From positions 908,070-936,790 of the forward strand of contig CP070766.1 in the NCBI GenBank assembly GCA_020345705.1: DNA of 28,721 bases, written 5' to 3'. This document shows, in pieces, positions 25,601-28,721 of the stretch. The DNA comes from Candidatus Zixiibacteriota bacterium (GTDB lineage: Bacteria > Zixibacteria > MSB-5A5 > GN15 > PGXB01). Positions within the stretch are counted from its first letter, which is position 1. Every line of letters begins with the position of its first letter. The notes below the pieces were generated by a model, which made no database searches, was not told where the DNA came from, and saw only the letters and a program-made list of their open reading frames with translations. The position numbers were made by a program, and so were the translations under genes.

Positions 25601-28600
25601 GAAACCTGGGAATATTCCGGAGTGACCTCAACCGGGACGCAGGCCGTTCCGGCATCGCACAGGAAGACTGATGTATCCGGAGGACAGGCAATCTGCGGCG
25701 GCTGCCCGATCTCAACTACAATTTCGATTTCGCACGTGTCCGTACCACACAGGGCATCGGCGACGACCTGAATTATATAAATACCGGAAGTGTCAGCCAT
25801 GAAGCAGAGATAACCGTCTTCGTAGGTACCGTAGGAAGTTGACACGACAGCGGATGCCGGGGTTATATCCAGCAGATAACACAGCGTTTCCGGCTGGCAT
25901 ATAGTGAAACTCAATTGCCCGAGAGGACAGTCAATTGCGGCCGGCTCTTCAATGGTCAATGTCACAATTGAGGTATCAGCTGCGCTTTCGCCACATTCGT
26001 CAACGGCCGTCGTGATTATGGAGTATGTCCCGGCGGCTTCAGGAAGGAAACAGACGGTACCTGTAACGGGATCATATATTCCAAGATTAGCTGCAACGCT
26101 CTGCACGTTGTCTTCCTGATCAATGACATCGACATTGACACAGATTTCTTCAAGATCAAATGAGCACTGGATGACCGATGTGTCGCTGGCTGATACGACT
26201 ATCGGACATGTGTTCAAGACTATATCTATGACAAGCGTGTCGAATGTCCTGGCGTGACAGCAGTCGACGGCGGTAATGATGATCTCGTAGCTGCCGGGCT
26301 CCTGAGCGTCGATGCACACAAAGCCGTCCTGGTATTCCCCGCCGACCACGTAGACTGAATCCAGATCATCGTCTTGATCGACAATAGAAACCGGGACGCA
26401 GATTGGGGCGCGCTGCTGGCAGGTTATGATGGTCGTATCCGGGCCGGCGTCAACATCGGGAGGATGGTTTAACCGGACATTAACCTGCACGGTATCCTGG
26501 TCAATCATTCCGCATGAATCGGCTGCCGTTATGACTAATACATACATACCTGCATCGGTGGGAAGAAAGCAAACGGTACCATTATCAGGATCGTATGTGC
26601 CGGACGGCAAAACTGATACTGCGAGCACATTGTTGTCCGGATCGGGAATATCAACCGGGAAACAGACCTCCGAAGGCTCGCACAGGAAAGTGTCAATGAC
26701 AGCCTCCGCGACGATCTCCGGAGGACTGTTTAGGGTGACGGTAACCACCGTCGAGTCCAGATCCGCGGCGCCGCAGCCGTCAAGAGCCCGGATCTTAATC
26801 ACATATTCTCCTGACGTTGCCGGTGTGAAACAGACACGGTTCGTGATCGGATTGTATGTTGCCCCGCCAGAGGCGGAAACACTGACGACATTATTATCGG
26901 CGTCGCTGATGCCGACCGGGATACAGATTTCGCCGATCTCGCAAACCGTCATATTCATATCCGGGGGCATGATCACAAGTGGCTTGGAATTCATCGTAAC
27001 ATCAACACTGAACGTGCAGCTATCGGCCCCACACTCATTCTCCACGACGATCTTCAAGTTCTTTTCAACGGAACAGTTGGTGTAGAAGCAGATGGTGCCC
27101 TGTTGAGAGTCGTACCAAGCCGACTGCGGGAAAATAGTGACGTCAGCACCTATAGGAATACCGCCCACCGCGAAACACAGGGTATCCGGATCACAGATGA
27201 AGACCGATGTATCACCCGGGCAGATGAGACTGAACGGCTCACCGGCTATAACTGTGACAACGGTAGTATCCTGGTCCGTGGCTTCGCAGGCGTCGATGGC
27301 CGTGACGATGACGACGTAGGTTCCTTCCTCAGTCGGTGTGAAACAAATCTGGTCGTTTTCGTAGGTGCCGATATTGGTAGACACCGATACGACGTTGTCA
27401 TCGATATCGGTGACGCTCACCGGCAGACAGATCGGTCCCCAGAGACAGGTTATAACCGAAGTATCCGGTGCAGACACGACCTGTGGCGGGCTGTTGAGGA
27501 CAACTTCCATGACCACGAATGCGGAATCTGCCTCAAGGCATTCATCCGTTGCTGTGACTGTCAGAACGTAAGTCCCGGATTCGGTCGGCGTAAAGCAGAC
27601 TGAGCTGGTAGACTCATTATAATAACCCTGGGGAGATACATTTATATCAATGATATTGTTGTCAATATCGGAGATGCTGACAGGGACACATATCTCTTCA
27701 GGCTCGCAAAGGAATATCGGTCCGTTAATTTTATTCACCGGCGTTGTCACGGTCGGAGGCGAATTCATAGTGACGCTAATCGTAAAGGAGCAACTGTCCG
27801 CATGGCATCCGCTCTCCGCGATCACTGCTATCTCTTTGTCTTCAGTGGAGTCGAGAGTGCAGCATATGGTGTGATTAAGATCATCGTACCATGCTGATTC
27901 CGGCGTGACTATCACTGATGCGCCGTCCGGAATACCCTGAATGGGGAAGCAGATGGTGTCGGGTTCACAGAGGAACAGTGAGGTATCACCGGGACAGGTT
28001 ATCTCGAACGGTTCCTCAATAGTCACATTCAGGATAACCTGACAGGTATCGGACCCGCACTCGGCGTCCGCGATAATATCGATTGGATAGGTTCCCGAGG
28101 TGTCGGCAGGAAAGCACAGTCGCCCGTCGGCGTAGGAGCCAAACGAGGCCGATACGACAACATCGGGCGGCGTTATGCTTATCGGCAGACAAATCTGTCC
28201 CGGCTGGCACAGAAACGTATCGATTGGTGCCGTCGGGCAGTCTATCCAGGGGCCTTGACGAAGACGGACGTCGAAAGAGACGTAACATGTGTCGGCGCCG
28301 CATTCGGTTTCGGCGATGACTTGTATGACATACATGCCCGACGTGTCGGCGTAGAAACACAACTGGCCCTCGGCGTAAGTGCCGTAGGACGTCGTCACGG
28401 TCGCACCGGCCGGTGATATCTCAAGCGGGAAACAGACCTGTTCCGGCTCGCAGAGATAAATATTGGCCGGATCAATGGGGCAGGTTATGCTCGCCGGTTC
28501 CTCGATCGTTATATCTATCGATATGTTGCACGTGTCCGAACCGCAGTTGCTGGCGGCGACTACTTCAATCGTATATGTTCCGCTCGTATCAGCCATAAAG

Positions 28601-28721
28601 CACAGCGTACCGTCGGCGTATGTTCCGAACGATGTCGAGACGGCCGCATCGGCAGGTGTTATCTCCAGCGGTAGACAGAATTCCTGTGGACTGCACAGCA
28701 GAGTATCCAGCGGTCCTTCCG
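22672..28721 (-). CDS. Giant secreted Cys-rich repeat protein with cohesin-like, dockerin-like and FlgD-Ig / T9SS type A-like C-terminal domains; 5' end lies outside the window
   Basis: The frame stays open from 28596 to the window edge (EGPLDTLLCSPQEFC...), giving more than 2010 aa. Order: 18 repeats; a cohesin-like segment (GGFDLLVAYD, GWEYF); a duplicated EF-hand-like dockerin (GDVNLNG...IADAV / DVNADG...IADLV); SQNYPNPFNP...RKMTILK C-terminal domain. Confidence 0.88.
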   Translation of the reverse strand, partial: EGPLDTLLCSPQEFCLPLEITPADAAVSTSFGTYADGTLCFMADTSGTYTIEVVAASNCGSDTCNISIDITIEEPASITCPIDPANIYLCEPEQVCFPLEISPAGATVTTSYGTYAEGQLCFYADTSGMYVIQVIAETECGADTCYVSFDVRLRQGPWIDCPTAPIDTFLCQPGQICLPISITPPDVVVSASFGSYADGRLCFPADTSGTYPIDIIADAECGSDTCQVILNVTIEEPFEITCPGDTSLFLCEPDTICFPIQGIPDGASVIVTPESAWYDDLNHTICCTLDSTEDKEIAVIAESGCHADSCSFTISVTMNSPPTVTTPVNKINGPIFLCEPEEICVPVSISDIDNNIIDINVSPQGYYNESTSSVCFTPTESGTYVLTVTATDECLEADSAFVVMEVVLNSPPQVVSAPDTSVITCLWGPICLPVSVTDIDDNVVSVSTNIGTYENDQICFTPTEEGTYVVIVTAIDACEATDQDTTVVTVIAGEPFSLICPGDTSVFICDPDTLCFAVGGIPIGADVTIFPQSAWYDSQQGTICFYTNCSVEKNLKIVVENECGADSCTFSVDVTMNSKPLVIMPPDMNMTVCEIGEICIPVGISDADNNVVSVSASGGATYNPITNRVCFTPATSGEYVIKIRALDGCGAADLDSTVVTVTLNSPPEIVAEAVIDTFLCEPSEVCFPVDIPDPDNNVLAVSVLPSGTYDPDNGTVCFLPTDAGMYVLVITAADSCGMIDQDTVQVNVRLNHPPDVDAGPDTTIITCQQRAPICVPVSIVDQDDDLDSVYVVGGEYQDGFVCIDAQEPGSYEIIITAVDCCHARTFDTLVIDIVLNTCPIVVSASDTSVIQCSFDLEEICVNVDVIDQEDNVQSVAANLGIYDPVTGTVCFLPEAAGTYSIITTAVDECGESAADTSIVTLTIEEPAAIDCPLGQLSFTICQPETLCYLLDITPASAVVSTSYGTYEDGYLCFMADTSGIYIIQVVADALCGTDTCEIEIVVEIGQPPQIACPPDTSVFLCDAGTACVPVEVTPEYSQVSVLPIGNYENGSLCFAADTAGIYSLTIIAETDCGADTCEFNVTVGFNAPPTVDAGNDTTYFQCDFQEICRLAAVLDSDNEIDSVTVSPTGFYDIQTGMLCFTPTVPGTYCLTVTAYDECGASGSDEVCITVTTGDVAVIDCPSEPFAERLCDPGQICLPLTVTPSSVEVSVSFGIYADGQICFYADTAGSYEITVIASEVCGADTCTITVNVAFDEYVEIMCPDLPISASLCSPGPVSALVPISPPSATLTITPIGVYDFATKKLTFYADTSGQYHITIIAETPCSVDTCVVQVNVVINQVPELVCPGDFDTLVCLTEVSEICFHVDVIGSGVEVTVLPEGSYSGGMVCIPISESGDYETRVVATSACGADTCELTISVIGNMTPELTVPADTLITWCEDDTGQICLDGIFAVDAEGDPVTITQVCGPGEFTPYRDDSGTVCFTPEITDTTYEFCFEATDGCSADTGLFSVTVYPSPICSVCVDLAIETDSCVVVGSSVPVNLVVQTLDPIGGFDLLVAYDASVMSFQYALKSDTIAGWEYFTHRLLQEDCPGCPSMLVRIVGIADINNGPFHPPEDQLDPQGVLATMQMLVANNQNLGGLFLPIYFFWIDCGDNSFASPSGTEQYIESRIYNASGDLIWDEADDILFPEDNRPIGFGAGDSCLVGDEISPIRCVYFHNGGICVKHPDSIDARGDVNLNGVAYEIADAVVFTNYFIYGLSAFTENVDGQIAATDVNADGYTLTIADLVYLVRVVVGDADRIPKVSPDKLKLDLAVHDDGNSLTLHADADCPLGAGLLIFRYDGIIPEIPTPGEMAENMHIAYSARDSELRVLIYSFDPGAAIAGGVGDLLSIGYTGSGNISLVEASFASFHGEVVETDLNSKLVPDQFMISQNYPNPFNPMTSIDLSLPVACHWQITIFNINGRVVRQFEGDADPGIVTVVWNGRDNGGQSVASGIYLYKVDAGGFTATRKMTILK
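24180..28721 (-). repeat. Tandem array of 18 diverged 80-92 aa Cys-rich Ig/cadherin-like protein repeats (first one truncated by the window edge)
   Basis: Recurrent consensus xCP...LC.P..IC.P...G.Y...CF.(ADTS/P...)G.Y.I...A...CG.D(TC). The repeats are visible at protein level; the DNA is diverged. Confidence 0.88.

Noticed and set aside
22990-27603. Several 100-225 aa plus-strand ORFs (22990-23664, 26426-27085, 27103-27603)
   Set aside because: They are antisense shadows of the giant repeat gene; their repetitiveness mirrors the sense-strand repeats.
24180-28721. Repeat array as a CRISPR array, DGR target or phase-variable locus
   Set aside because: The repeats are protein-level and strongly diverged in DNA. 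I found no identical direct repeats, adenine-only variant pairs, reverse transcriptase or recombinase in the window.

Overview
A 28.7 kb window of chromosomal DNA from a Gram-negative FCB-group bacterium, most likely a Zixibacteria-like lineage. That assignment is inferred from a cohesin/dockerin/FlgD-type C-terminal domain protein, FadL-type outer-membrane barrels and E. coli-like sigma70 promoters. I see no mobile element, CRISPR array, tRNA or rRNA. Left to right: the end of a class IV aminotransferase; an outer-membrane operon (YjbH-like barrel, Tyr/Trp-rich lipoprotein, FadL/OmpP1-type barrel); a long minus-strand block (fused 2-hydroxyacyl-CoA dehydratase activase protein, DUF885, trxA, CoA-binding protein, an unannotated small ORF, rhomboid protease, pseudo-receiver protein, ccdA, DUF2064, creatininase family); a plus-strand housekeeping operon (dtd, maf, rodZ, hypothetical, smc, ftsY, yjbQ, rlmH); and the 3' 6 kb of a giant secreted Cys-rich repeat protein. 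The main hidden item is a 58-codon membrane ORF at 7898-7722 (minus strand), missed by the ORF track. It has an in-frame TGA followed by M-G-P-A-C and a candidate SECIS hairpin, so it is a probable small selenoprotein at the end of the activase-DUF885-trxA gene run. Also notable are a RomR-like pseudo-receiver protein, a hairpin that buries the ccdA ribosome-binding site, a motif-degenerate DUF2064 protein, and an 18-repeat array whose cysteine covariation implies its disulfide pattern.
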